Positions 50,612-60,420 of a stretch of 64,000 bases of DNA are shown piece after piece (position 1 is the stretch's first letter; each line of letters starts with the position of its first letter). The translations under genes and the position numbers were made by a program. The notes under the pieces were generated by a model. That model ran no database searches, had not been told where the DNA came from, and saw only the letters and a program-made list of their open reading frames with translations. The stretch is taken from contig JBEEND010000003.1 of the NCBI GenBank assembly GCA_041192345.1, positions 1,054 to 65,053 of the forward strand. Direction: 5' to 3'. This stretch comes from Actinomycetota bacterium (GTDB lineage Bacteria > Actinomycetota > Actinomycetes > S36-B12 > UBA5976).

Positions 50612-52137
50612 GTCGCACTGAAGTGGTCATCAACACCACCGGAATGACATTTGAGGACGTGCTTGCAGTTGCTCGCCATGACGCAAAAATCATTATTGCC
50701 CCAGCAACCATCGACGCAGTCGCGCAGACTCGATCCCGAGTCGATGCGTTAGCTTCCTCGCCTGATCCCGTGTACGGAATCTCAACTGGGTTCGGCGCGC
50801 TGGCTAACCGCCATGTTTCACCCGAGTCAAGAGTTCAATTACAGAAGTCACTGATTCGTTCGCACGCAGCTGGCCTTGGCAATTTAGTTGAACGGGAAGT
50901 AACCCGAGCACTTATGACACTTCGCCTAAAAACGCTTTGCTCTGGACATACCGGTGTGCGGCCAGTCGTGGTTGAAACTATGGCTGCAATTTTGAACGCT
51001 GGAATCACACCAGCTGTTTATGAATTTGGTTCTCTTGGTTGCAGCGGCGACTTAGCACCCCTTGCCCATTGCGCACTTGTACTGATGGGTGAAGGTGAAG
51101 TTGTTGGTAGCGATGGAAAAATTTCCCCAGCTGCTGATGCATTAAAGGCAGCCGGTATCCAACCCGTTGAACTTCGCGAAAAAGAAGGTTTAGCCCTTAT
51201 CAACGGAACTGACGGCATGCTTGGCATGTTGATTATGGCGATTGATGATCTGACAATGCTTTGTGATTCAGTTGATGTCACTGCAGCCATGAGTGTTGAG
51301 GCTCTGCTTGGAACTGACAAAGTATTTTTACCTGAATTGCATTTGCCGCTACGAGCACATCCTGGCCAAGCATTAAGCGCGGCAAATATGTTTAATGCTC
51401 TGAAAGATAGCCAAATAGTTGCCTCTCACATTAATGACACATCAGTAGTGCAGGATGCTTACTCGCTGCGTTGTGCGCCCCAAGTAACGGGCGCAGTACG
51501 CGACACAATTGCCCACGCAACTTTGGTCGCAACGCGCGAACTAGCAGCAGCAATTGATAACCCAGTAGTACTTGCTGATGGTCGCGTTTCCTCAAATGGT
51601 AATTTTCATGGTGCACCGATTGCTTACGTGTTGGACTTCTTGGCCATTGCAGCTGCGGACCTAGGATCAATTTGTGAACGTCGCACTGATCGCATGCTTG
51701 ATAAAGCTCGCTCTCATGGACTTCCTGCGTTCTTAGCGGATGACCCTGGAGTTGATTCAGGATTGATGATTGCCCAATACACCCAAGCAGCTTTAGTTTC
51801 TGAAAATAAGCGCTTAGCAGTACCAGCGAGCGTTGATTCAATTCCAAGTTCTGCAATGCAAGAAGATCACGTATCCATGGGTTGGAGTGCAGCGCGTAAA
51901 CTTCGCCAATCAATTGAGAACCTAACCAAAATAATCGGGATCGAATACTTCACTGCAGCTCGGGCAATTGACCTGCGCTCACCACTTACGCCAGCTCCGA
52001 TTACGGGCGCTGCCCTCGCGCAGTTGCGCAAAACCACAGCTGGCGTGGGACCTGATCGCTTCTTGGCACCAGAAATGGCTATTGCTGTTTCGATAGTTGC
52101 ATCTGGAGCGATTGCAGCGCTGGTCACTTCAGATTAG
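50608..52137 (+). CDS. hutH: Histidine ammonia-lyase
   Basis: ORF from 50566 trimmed to the ATG at 50608 (ATGA overlap with the hutI stop). YGISTGFG, an MIO-loop GSLGCSGDLAPLAH and QEDHVSMG are present. Confidence 0.95.
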   Translation: MSRTEVVINTTGMTFEDVLAVARHDAKIIIAPATIDAVAQTRSRVDALASSPDPVYGISTGFGALANRHVSPESRVQLQKSLIRSHAAGLGNLVEREVTRALMTLRLKTLCSGHTGVRPVVVETMAAILNAGITPAVYEFGSLGCSGDLAPLAHCALVLMGEGEVVGSDGKISPAADALKAAGIQPVELREKEGLALINGTDGMLGMLIMAIDDLTMLCDSVDVTAAMSVEALLGTDKVFLPELHLPLRAHPGQALSAANMFNALKDSQIVASHINDTSVVQDAYSLRCAPQVTGAVRDTIAHATLVATRELAAAIDNPVVLADGRVSSNGNFHGAPIAYVLDFLAIAAADLGSICERRTDRMLDKARSHGLPAFLADDPGVDSGLMIAQYTQAALVSENKRLAVPASVDSIPSSAMQEDHVSMGWSAARKLRQSIENLTKIIGIEYFTAARAIDLRSPLTPAPITGAALAQLRKTTAGVGPDRFLAPEMAIAVSIVASGAIAALVTSD

Positions 52138-52151
52138 AAATACTTACTTAC

Positions 52152-53075
52152 CTAAACTGTCGCTAGTTGTGCTTGCTTCTGCTTGGGCGGTCGGCTTACA
52201 ACCACGAGTCCAGTAAGAATTAATGCTGATCCGACTATGCCAATAGCCGAAACCGTCTCCCCCAAAAGCAGCACACCTAAAATCGAGGCGGTGAGTGGCT
52301 CCATCAAGCCAACAGTCACAGCCGTTGCGGCTCCGATTCTGGCGATGCCATAGATGAAGAACGCATAAGCAAGTGCAACTGTAACTATGCCACCGTAAAA
52401 CGCCCCCATTAGCAGCACTGGGTCTTGCAAAAAACTAAAGTCTTTGCCATAGCTAAGTGGTGCTTGAAACAGAGTTCCTATGGTGAACATTGGCGCGACA
52501 CATTGGAACGGCGTGTGACGCTTGGAGATCATGCCCATTCCAGTTGCTTGCAAGGAATAGCCAAAGGCTGCGGCTAGTGCAAAACCAATTCCTAATACAT
52601 TGACGGTGTTATTTCCACTTGGCCAATTAAGTGCAACCACACCAGTTACTGCGACAAGTGTGCCAATGGCCCATTGCTTGCCTGGTGGTTGCTTCAATGC
52701 GATCCAGGCAATCAAGCCAACAAAGATCGGTGCCACACCGATTGAAACAACGGCTGCGACACCAACGCCAGTTAATTGAAATGCCAAAATGAAAAGCGGA
52801 AAAAACAATGCAGCGCCGGTGCCAGCAATCAAAATTGGAACTATGTCTTGTTTCGTGTAACGCTTCTTGTTCTTGGAAAACAAAACCAGCAACCAGAGCG
52901 CTGTTGTGCCGGTGAGATTACGAACCAACGAATACTGGAATTCCGTACCCTCTGGAAAAAGTCTGACAACTGGACCTACTGTGCCCCAGATAATCGTTCC
53001 TAGGGCAACAGCACAGATTCCAAGTGCGCGACCATTAGATCCCTTGCGGTGTCTACCCGTTTGTTGGGAAGCCAA
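52152..53075 (-). CDS. EamA/DMT-family transporter
   Basis: 307 aa with about 10 TM segments. The annotated ATG overlaps the mmsA 3' end by 23 nt, so the true start is uncertain. Confidence 0.8.
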   Translation of the reverse strand: MASQQTGRHRKGSNGRALGICAVALGTIIWGTVGPVVRLFPEGTEFQYSLVRNLTGTTALWLLVLFSKNKKRYTKQDIVPILIAGTGAALFFPLFILAFQLTGVGVAAVVSIGVAPIFVGLIAWIALKQPPGKQWAIGTLVAVTGVVALNWPSGNNTVNVLGIGFALAAAFGYSLQATGMGMISKRHTPFQCVAPMFTIGTLFQAPLSYGKDFSFLQDPVLLMGAFYGGIVTVALAYAFFIYGIARIGAATAVTVGLMEPLTASILGVLLLGETVSAIGIVGSALILTGLVVVSRPPKQKQAQLATV

Positions 53076-54546
53076 GGTTCAATCCACCATGGCTTGGGTC
53101 CAACCAGCGACTGGTGACAACCTTGCCACGAGTAAAGAAGTGAACGCCTTCAGTTCCGTGCGCATGAGTGTCGCCAAACAGCGAAGCTTTCCAACCACCA
53201 AATGAGAAGTAAGCCATCGGCACGGGGATTGGAACGTTAATGCCGATCATGCCAACTTCAACTTCGTTCTGGAATCTGCGTGCTGCGCCACCATCGTTTG
53301 TGAAGATTGCAGTTCCATTGCCGTATGGGTGATCGTTAATTAGTTTGATCGCTTCGTCATATGTCTTGGCGCGAACTACCGAAAGCACAGGTCCGAAGAT
53401 TTCTTCCTTGTAGATCGTCATGTCCTTGGTGACGTTATCGAACAGCGTTGGTCCAATGAAGTAACCTTCACCATCACTATCTGGAACAACATCGCGACCG
53501 TCAACGACAACCTTGGCGCCTTCAGCAATACCCTTTTCGATGTAACCCTTGACCTTGTCACGGTGCACTCCCGTAACAAGTGGTCCCATGTCAGTGCCAC
53601 GAGTTCCATCGCCAGTAACGATTTTGCCCATGCGATCTTCAATCTTTGAGATCAAGTCATCTGCGATCGGTCCAACAGCGACAAGCGCCGAGATGGCCAT
53701 GCAACGCTCTCCTGCAGAACCAAAGCCTGCGTTAACTGCAGAGTCTGCAGCGAGATCTAAGTCAGCATCTGGCAGCACAACCATGTGATTCTTTGCCCCA
53801 CCAAGTGCCTGGATGCGCTTACCGTGCGCCGTTCCAGTTTCGTAGATGTACTTAGCAATTGGAGTTGAGCCAACGAAGCTAACAGCCTTGATATCTGGGT
53901 GAGTAAGAATGCGATCGACTGCTTCCTTATCACCGTGCACAACGTTGAATACGCCATCTGGAAGTCCAGCGTCTTTCCACATCTGCGCAATTAGGTTTTG
54001 GGCGCTTGGATCTTTTTCAGATGGCTTAACAATGACTGAGTTGCCAGCAGCGATTGCGATTGGGAAGAACCACATCGGAACCATGGCTGGGAAATTGAAT
54101 GGCGAAATAATTCCGACGACACCCAATGGTTGACGGATGCTGTAAACATCAACACCAGTTGAAACACTTTCAGAATATCCACCCTTTAGAAGGTGAGGGA
54201 TGCCGCAAGCGAATTCCACAACTTCTTGACCGCGCATTACTTCGCCAAGTGCATCAGAGAGCACCTTGCCGTGTTCAGCTGTGATTATTGCGGCAAGTTC
54301 TTCTTTGCGGGCGTTAAGGATCTCGCGGAAAGCGAACATGATTGTCACGCGCTTTGAAAGCGAAGTGGCTGCCCATTCCAGGCCAGCCCGTTTAGCAACA
54401 GCGATTGCTGCGTCCATGTCTGCAGTTGAAGCGAAATCAACTGTTCCGGACAATTTGCCTGTCGCTGGGTTGTAGACCTCACCAGTTCGTGCTGCTCTGC
54501 CAGTCCAGGCTTTGCCATCGATCCAGTGCGTGATGTGGTTAGTCAT
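53053..54546 (-). CDS. mmsA: CoA-acylating methylmalonate-semialdehyde dehydrogenase
   Basis: 497 aa. N-terminal HWIDGK, an ALGGAKNH segment where other ALDHs have ELGGK (typical of MmsA/IolA), catalytic Cys in GERCMA. Confidence 0.88.
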   Translation of the reverse strand: MTNHITHWIDGKAWTGRAARTGEVYNPATGKLSGTVDFASTADMDAAIAVAKRAGLEWAATSLSKRVTIMFAFREILNARKEELAAIITAEHGKVLSDALGEVMRGQEVVEFACGIPHLLKGGYSESVSTGVDVYSIRQPLGVVGIISPFNFPAMVPMWFFPIAIAAGNSVIVKPSEKDPSAQNLIAQMWKDAGLPDGVFNVVHGDKEAVDRILTHPDIKAVSFVGSTPIAKYIYETGTAHGKRIQALGGAKNHMVVLPDADLDLAADSAVNAGFGSAGERCMAISALVAVGPIADDLISKIEDRMGKIVTGDGTRGTDMGPLVTGVHRDKVKGYIEKGIAEGAKVVVDGRDVVPDSDGEGYFIGPTLFDNVTKDMTIYKEEIFGPVLSVVRAKTYDEAIKLINDHPYGNGTAIFTNDGGAARRFQNEVEVGMIGINVPIPVPMAYFSFGGWKASLFGDTHAHGTEGVHFFTRGKVVTSRWLDPSHGGLNLGFPTNG

Positions 54547-54611
54547 AAATTCTCCTTGTTGCGGTAATACCCAAATCTAGTGGGTGTAGTACAGGGTTAG
54601 CGAGGTAGGTT

Positions 54612-55178
54612 ATGTACATGACGAAAATCCGCTCAATAGTCGTATCCACCCAAGAAACCTTGCGCGAGAGTGGCACTGAGGTGAACCCAGCGACTGTGAA
54701 AGTTATTGCTGCGGCAGTGGTTACTAATCCCCTATCTGGCAAGGTGTTAGTTCAGGATTTAACTGAGCTAGAAATGATGAGTATCGAAGTAACTGCGATT
54801 CTGGCCGACAGGGCTGTGAAAGCGCTGGAAGCTTTAGGTTTAAGCGCGACTGATATTCGTGGTTATGGCAAGGGCGCGATTGTTGGCACGGACGGCGAAC
54901 TTGAACACACTGCAGCAGTTCTGCATCCTCGGTTTGGCGCCTCAGTGCGGGCCGCAATTGGTGGTGGCGCAGACATCATTCCTGGCACAAAGAAAGTTGC
55001 TGGACCTGGCGCTTCGATTACGATGCCAATTGGCAATAAAGATGATCGTTGGGAATTTGATGACATGGATTCTGCCGAGCTAACTATTGGCGACGCCCCG
55101 CGCGCAGATGAAATGGTAATCGCCATTGTTTACTCAGTCGGTGGCCGTCCACACGCCCGCGTAACGAAGGTGAAGTAA
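54612..55178 (+). CDS. 'Amino acid synthesis' family protein (AA_synth/DUF1185-like), function unknown
   Basis: 188 aa. Overall resemblance to the family (KIRSIVV...E....G.........AAAVV.NP..G......L......). Called by memory of the family, not by search. Confidence 0.65.
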   Translation: MYMTKIRSIVVSTQETLRESGTEVNPATVKVIAAAVVTNPLSGKVLVQDLTELEMMSIEVTAILADRAVKALEALGLSATDIRGYGKGAIVGTDGELEHTAAVLHPRFGASVRAAIGGGADIIPGTKKVAGPGASITMPIGNKDDRWEFDDMDSAELTIGDAPRADEMVIAIVYSVGGRPHARVTKVK

Positions 55179-55478
55179 ATGTTTAAAGCAATCATCTTGT
55201 TAAAGCGTGGTGTGAATATGAGCCACGATGAATTCAAGCAGTGGTGGCTAGTTGATCATTCCGGTAAAGCCACACAGTTGCCCGGAGTTCGCAAAATCGT
55301 TTTCAATCTAGCGGATGATGGCAGTACTTATGACGGCATATCTGAGCTTTGGTTTGATTCTAAAGAAGCTTTTGAAGCCGCCTATGACACGGAAATTGGT
55401 AAAGCAGTTGCCGCCGATTCGATTTCCCATCTTTCGGAACGACAACGAATTTTTGTCACTGAAAATGACATCGTTTAG
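55179..55478 (+). CDS. EthD-domain protein
   Basis: 99 aa. MFKAIILLKR...MSHDEF..WW...H...........K.V.N and ...DGISELWFDS.EAF.AA are typical of EthD ferredoxin-like proteins. Its ATG immediately follows the upstream TAA. Confidence 0.7.
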   Translation: MFKAIILLKRGVNMSHDEFKQWWLVDHSGKATQLPGVRKIVFNLADDGSTYDGISELWFDSKEAFEAAYDTEIGKAVAADSISHLSERQRIFVTENDIV

Positions 55479-55512
55479 CAACTGATTAGAACTTGAGTTA
55501 GGACGGATAATC

Positions 55513-56562
55513 ATGGCTGAAAAACTAATCATTGAATCCATAGATGCCCACGCTGAAGGCGAGGGTGGTCGAGTTATCACAAACATGGCTCACCTAGTTA
55601 AAGGTTCGACTATGAAAGAACGTTTCGATTACTGCGAAGCAAATCTAGATTGGTTTCGCCATGCTATTTTGCACGAACCACGCGGTTACCCTGCACTATG
55701 CGCCGTGTTCATCTTGCCTCCGGTAAAAGCTGGCTCAGACTTTGGAATCATTGTGTTGGAACAGGGTGGCTTCACTGCCATGTCTGGTAGCAACACCATG
55801 TGCGCGGTAACTGCTGCGCTCGAAAAAGGCATCGTAAAAATGTATGAGCCTGAAACTACCGTGACTATTGACACCGCGGTTGGCACAATTTCAGTGCTTG
55901 CTCGCTGTAAAGATGGCAAAGTTCTTGATGTTTCTATTCGCAACGTTCCAGCGTTCACGGTCTACATCGACAAAGTCGTGGATGTGCCAGAGTACGGTCC
56001 AATTCCAATCGACTTAGTTTTCGGTGGACAGTTTTTCGCGCAAACAAACATCGCAAACGTTGGTCTTGAGATTAAGCCCGAGAATGCTAAAGCAATTACA
56101 CGCGCCGGGGCTGCGATCAAGTTCGCAGTCAACCAGCAACTGATATTTGCGCATCCGGAAAACCCAAGCATTAATAAAGTTGGCATCGTGATACTTCATA
56201 ACGGCGATCGCGAGCCAGGCAAACAAGCCCGAAATTCAGCAGTACTTACCGGAGATAACTTAACGGCAGATCCAGAAACCTGGAAAGGCATGCTAGATCG
56301 CTCCCCGTGCGGCACGGGAACTTGTGGTCGCATGTCCGCGCTTTATACCCGGGGTCAACTAGCTCTTGGCGAAGAGTTTTCTCACATGAGTTTTCTCGGC
56401 ACCAAGTTTTATGGCCAAGTAAATGATCCAACCAAAATTGGTCAATACGAGGCAGTTGTACCAACAATCCGAGGCAGTGCCTGGGTTACGGGCGTATCCA
56501 CTTGGGAAATAGATCCAACTGATCCATTCCAGACTGGCTACACCCTTGGCGACATCTGGTAG
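55513..56562 (+). CDS. Proline racemase-superfamily protein (hydroxyproline epimerase/dehydratase-like) with a Ser/Cys catalytic pair
   Basis: 349 aa. N-terminal IDAHAEGEGGRVI, LHEPRGY, DRSPCGTGTC. The first catalytic position reads MSGS (Ser91, 55783-55785) where canonical enzymes have MCGH. Cys266 is at 56308-56310. Confidence 0.88.
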   Translation: MAEKLIIESIDAHAEGEGGRVITNMAHLVKGSTMKERFDYCEANLDWFRHAILHEPRGYPALCAVFILPPVKAGSDFGIIVLEQGGFTAMSGSNTMCAVTAALEKGIVKMYEPETTVTIDTAVGTISVLARCKDGKVLDVSIRNVPAFTVYIDKVVDVPEYGPIPIDLVFGGQFFAQTNIANVGLEIKPENAKAITRAGAAIKFAVNQQLIFAHPENPSINKVGIVILHNGDREPGKQARNSAVLTGDNLTADPETWKGMLDRSPCGTGTCGRMSALYTRGQLALGEEFSHMSFLGTKFYGQVNDPTKIGQYEAVVPTIRGSAWVTGVSTWEIDPTDPFQTGYTLGDIW

Positions 56563-56688
56563 CTAGTTTCGTTCCACGGCGAATCCGTGGGAGGGGGCAA
56601 TCTCGGGCGTAGCTTCCGAGTTGCTGTGTATGAGCCGAATCCACTGAGGGGAACCGTCGCTTCGCTCCTCCCGAATCCACCGAGCTAC

Positions 56689-56804
<116 letters not shown>

Positions 56805-56828
56805 GAACCTAGTCAATGTTAGTGGACT

Positions 56829-57488
56829 TTACTTATCGTCACCAATGGCAGGTTCTGGTAACGAGCCGGCGTTGTATTCCTGCAAGCGCCATTTTAAGTC
56901 AGGTAGTTTTGGCATATTTTCATCAAGTTCAGAAAGCACCGACCACTGCGCATTTGCAAGCACACCAAGAATGGTCCATTGCCGTGGATCTAAACCAAGC
57001 AGTCGTCCCAGCGCCGAACGTAGTGCGCCACCATGCGATGCCACAACTAAAGTTCCACCAGCAGGAATATCTTTGAGTGCATCTTCGATCGCTGCTACTA
57101 CGCGCTGCGAAACTTCCCACCGGGTCTCCCCGCCACCTGGACGTATTTCCGAGTCACCGCCCCAAGCCGCATAATCTTCTGGGTATTTTGCAACAATTTC
57201 ATCCCGCGTCATACCTTGCCATTCGCCAGCAAAAGTTTCGCGAAGGCGCTCGTCTGTACTCAATTTAATTCCAGCAAGGTCAGCAAGTATCTGGCCCGTT
57301 TCTAACGCGCGCTCCAAATCACTAGCAATCACGTGCGTTGGTTTCATGGCAATTAAAGTTTGCGCAGCATGGCGCGCTTGTTCTCGGCCAACATCGTTTA
57401 GTGGAATATCAATTTGCCCTTGGTGGCGATTATCTGCATTCCATAAAGTTTGCCCGTGACGCCACAGAACTAAGCGGCGAGCGCTCAT
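56829..57488 (-). CDS. Histidine phosphatase (phosphoglycerate mutase-like) family protein, in the GpgP-like position
   Basis: 219 aa. RHG catalytic motif (LWRHGQTLWN...R.QG..D.PLN) and a later SHGG. The nadD-rsfS-phosphatase order is conserved as in Mycobacterium (Rv2421c-2419c). Confidence 0.85.
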   Translation of the reverse strand: MSARRLVLWRHGQTLWNADNRHQGQIDIPLNDVGREQARHAAQTLIAMKPTHVIASDLERALETGQILADLAGIKLSTDERLRETFAGEWQGMTRDEIVAKYPEDYAAWGGDSEIRPGGGETRWEVSQRVVAAIEDALKDIPAGGTLVVASHGGALRSALGRLLGLDPRQWTILGVLANAQWSVLSELDENMPKLPDLKWRLQEYNAGSLPEPAIGDDK

Positions 57489-57856
57489 ACTAGCTCCAGC
57501 GCAATTTTCGGACAGTCACTCCAAAGTCGTTCAAGGTCATACAAGCTACGCTCTTCATCTTGCTGCACGTGGACCACGATTTCGAAGTAATCAAGTAGCA
57601 CCCATCGGCCTTCCCGATCCCCTTCTCGGCGAATTGGCTCTACGCCAATTGCACTCAGAGTCTCTTCGATCGCATCAATGATGGCCTTAACTTGTCGCTC
57701 ATTATCAGCAGAGGCGATCAAGAATACGTCGGTAATTACTAAGTGTTCACTGACATCAAGGAGTACAACATTTTCAGCTTTTTTGTCGAAAGCTGCTTGT
57801 GCTGCGATCTTTGCAATATTTAGCGCATGCTCTGTTGCAGCCACGATATTCCACAC
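57485..57856 (-). CDS. rsfS: Ribosome silencing factor RsfS
   Basis: 123 aa. A...KKAE.VV.LDV........DVFLIASA.N.RQV.AI ... W.LLDY..IVVHV is typical of RsfS/IojAP. Confidence 0.9.
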   Translation of the reverse strand: MWNIVAATEHALNIAKIAAQAAFDKKAENVVLLDVSEHLVITDVFLIASADNERQVKAIIDAIEETLSAIGVEPIRREGDREGRWVLLDYFEIVVHVQQDEERSLYDLERLWSDCPKIALELV

Positions 57857-57882
57857 TCTCTATTTGGATTACTTAAGACTAC

Positions 57883-58683
57883 TTAATTAACGGGTAAGCG
57901 GGAAATGTCCGCACTTGGCCAAAGATTCGCTGCTCGCAATTCAATGATTAATTGCGCAATACTCGCAGTTGGAACATTTGACCGAGCAATTGATCCAAGT
58001 GCTGAAAAGATCTCATCGATTCGCTCTTGATCACCCTGCAAGTTTTCAAATACTGCTCGGAGCACTTGATTACCTCTTGCCATAAACTCGTCCGTTGTTT
58101 CAAATTTGGATTGCAGCATCGCATACCCTGCTGCATCACTGCCTTCAAGCAAAGAAGTCCCAGCGCGAACATAGCGTGGTAGTTCCCCAGGCTCACTTAC
58201 TCGGTAAAGATTCTCTGACACGATGGTGATCCCGCCGATGCTGTCAACTAATCCTGCGTATGCCAATCGCTGCAAATAAATCGAGCCATCAATTGGAATA
58301 CCAAGTGCCCCTGAGATTGCTTTATCGACACCATCAAAGGAACCCTGCAATCCGGCGTCACTGATTGGAACAAAGCCTTGCCCAGGTGGGACTATCAAAG
58401 TTGTTGGATCAATGTTTACGATAGAAAGTTTTTCTTCATTAAGAGACTGGCGGATCACGGTCACTGAGATGATTTTTTGATCTGAATCAATTAGCGCGAA
58501 CATAAGATTATGAACCTCTTGTGATGGCTCAACAACTTCTTCGGGTACCAAAGGTGTGGCTGTTACTTGATCTGGCAATGGAGCTGCTTGGCCATCGCCC
58601 CGAATTACAAACACACCCGTTAACAGTGCAATTGCAAGCAGTGAGCTGGTTAGCCACTTAAGAAAAGCTGGAATTCGATTCAC
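57883..58683 (-). CDS. LytR-CpsA-Psr (LCP)-like membrane-anchored protein, divergent
   Basis: 266 aa with an N-terminal TM anchor. The core resembles LCP (...ISVTVI....L.IVNIDP.T.. ... ALGIPIDGSIYLQRLAYAGLVDSIGGITI). An LCP gene occupies the same nadD-adjacent slot in Streptomyces. Confidence 0.6.
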   Translation of the reverse strand: MNRIPAFLKWLTSSLLAIALLTGVFVIRGDGQAAPLPDQVTATPLVPEEVVEPSQEVHNLMFALIDSDQKIISVTVIRQSLNEEKLSIVNIDPTTLIVPPGQGFVPISDAGLQGSFDGVDKAISGALGIPIDGSIYLQRLAYAGLVDSIGGITIVSENLYRVSEPGELPRYVRAGTSLLEGSDAAGYAMLQSKFETTDEFMARGNQVLRAVFENLQGDQERIDEIFSALGSIARSNVPTASIAQLIIELRAANLWPSADISRLPVN

Positions 58684-59246
58684 GCGTGATACAGGCCCTG
58701 ATTCAAAATGTAATCACTCACTGGCTGTGGCACTAAGTATCTGGTGTCAAGACCGCGGGTAAAGCGATCCCGCAACTGGGTTGCCGAAATTCGCACTTCT
58801 GGCATGTTCACTGACAGGTACTCAAAGGGCACAACATCGTCATGCCCTATTCGGTTGACTGCCACGACTCTTACTTCGCGAACGAATGCCTCCCACTCGT
58901 GCCAGGTTGAAATTCCAGCCAAGGCATCGGAGCCAACTATCCAAAACAATTCATCTTGTGGATTTTCTTGCTTCCATTGCCGCACTGATTCGATGGCATA
59001 AGTTGGACCACTTCGAGTAATTTCGATATCGCTGGCTTGGAATCTTTCATCATCCTTGATGGCTATTGCGACCATTTCGAGGCGCTGCCGGGCTGGGCTG
59101 ATTTTGTTATCCTGCTTTTGCCAAGGCTCCCCAGCTGGCATGAACACAACTGTGTCTAAGTTCAGTTCCTCGTGAACAGCGCTTGCCGCAATGAGGTGGC
59201 CAACATGAATGGGATCAAAAGTTCCGCCCAATATTCCAACTCTCAT
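58680..59246 (-). CDS. nadD: Nicotinate-nucleotide adenylyltransferase
   Basis: 188 aa. GILGGTFDPIHVGHL plus a C-terminal ISAT.LR motif. Confidence 0.93.
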   Translation of the reverse strand: MRVGILGGTFDPIHVGHLIAASAVHEELNLDTVVFMPAGEPWQKQDNKISPARQRLEMVAIAIKDDERFQASDIEITRSGPTYAIESVRQWKQENPQDELFWIVGSDALAGISTWHEWEAFVREVRVVAVNRIGHDDVVPFEYLSVNMPEVRISATQLRDRFTRGLDTRYLVPQPVSDYILNQGLYHA

Positions 59247-59307
59247 ACCATTAAGAATACTTGCAACTATTGTTGACCTAACCCCTGCTATTTAAAGGAC
59301 CGCTGTC

Positions 59308-60420
59308 TTGCAACACATTGACCATGTAGTTATTGGCGCTGGGGCTATGGGCAGTGCTACTGCCTGGCAGCTTGCACAAACTGGCAGAAGTGTCGCGCTC
59401 CTTGAACAATTTGGCGCCGCGCACAACAAAGGAAGCTCTCATGGCGGGAGTCGAATTTTCCGACTCTCCTATCGCACTGCGCTCTACACAGACTTAGCTG
59501 CGCGAGCATTGGTGGATTGGCGCGAATTGGAAGCTGACACTGGCGCGGACCTGCTTGAGCAAAATGGGCAACTTGATCATGGCTACAAAGAAGCAATCGA
59601 TGAAATCGGGGCGAGCTTAGATCGTTACAACCATCCTTACGAACGAATGGATGCAAGTGAAGCGCACGCTCGCTGGCCTGGAATGAACTTTGAAGATCAT
59701 GTGATCTATAGCCCAGATGGCGGTCGCTGCTTGGCCGATAAAACGGTAACAACTTTGATTGATCGCAGCCGGGAACTTGGCGTCGATGTGCATTTGAATA
59801 CCCCAGTTCTTGGCGTCCACCTTGACGGTGATCACGCCATTATTGAAACTCAAAAACAAACCTGGCGAACACCCTCGCTGGTAGTTGCTGCTGGCGGTTG
59901 GGTAGACAAACTAGTTGGTCACTTACTTAAACTTCCAGAATTAATTGTGGATGCAGGTCAACCAGCGCATTTCCAGCCAATACCAAGTTTGAAAGAAGAG
60001 TCGCTGTGGCCAAGCTTCCTGCATCACGGTGCTAATGGCCGTGGTGGCTCACCACTTGAAGCCAGTGCGTACGGACTTTTTACCCCAGGTGAAGGAGTGA
60101 AAGTTGGAACTTGGAGTGATCGCGCGCCAATAGATCCAGATAATCGAGATTTTGCAATTAGCCAGAAGCATCTTGGCGAAATGAAAGAGTATGTTTCGCA
60201 CTGGTTTCCAGGCTTGGATTTAGCAACCGCAGTTGCCACGACTTGTTTATTTACTAACACCCCTGAGGAAGATTTTATTTTAGATCGGCGCGGTCCGATC
60301 ACTGTTTGTTCACCTTGTTCAGGTCACGGTTTTAAATTTGTTCCAACAATTGGAAAAATTACTGCCGAGTTGGCAATGGGTGGCACGCAATCCACTCCGC
60401 AGTGGCAATTGCCAAATTAA
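59308..60420 (+). CDS. FAD-dependent amine oxidase of the monomeric sarcosine oxidase / N-methyltryptophan oxidase (SolA) type
   Basis: 370 aa with a TTG start. Dinucleotide fold [17 protein letters not shown]. The C-terminal CSGHGFKF contains the Cys used for covalent FAD attachment in this family. Confidence 0.85.
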   Translation: MQHIDHVVIGAGAMGSATAWQLAQTGRSVALLEQFGAAHNKGSSHGGSRIFRLSYRTALYTDLAARALVDWRELEADTGADLLEQNGQLDHGYKEAIDEIGASLDRYNHPYERMDASEAHARWPGMNFEDHVIYSPDGGRCLADKTVTTLIDRSRELGVDVHLNTPVLGVHLDGDHAIIETQKQTWRTPSLVVAAGGWVDKLVGHLLKLPELIVDAGQPAHFQPIPSLKEESLWPSFLHHGANGRGGSPLEASAYGLFTPGEGVKVGTWSDRAPIDPDNRDFAISQKHLGEMKEYVSHWFPGLDLATAVATTCLFTNTPEEDFILDRRGPITVCSPCSGHGFKFVPTIGKITAELAMGGTQSTPQWQLPN

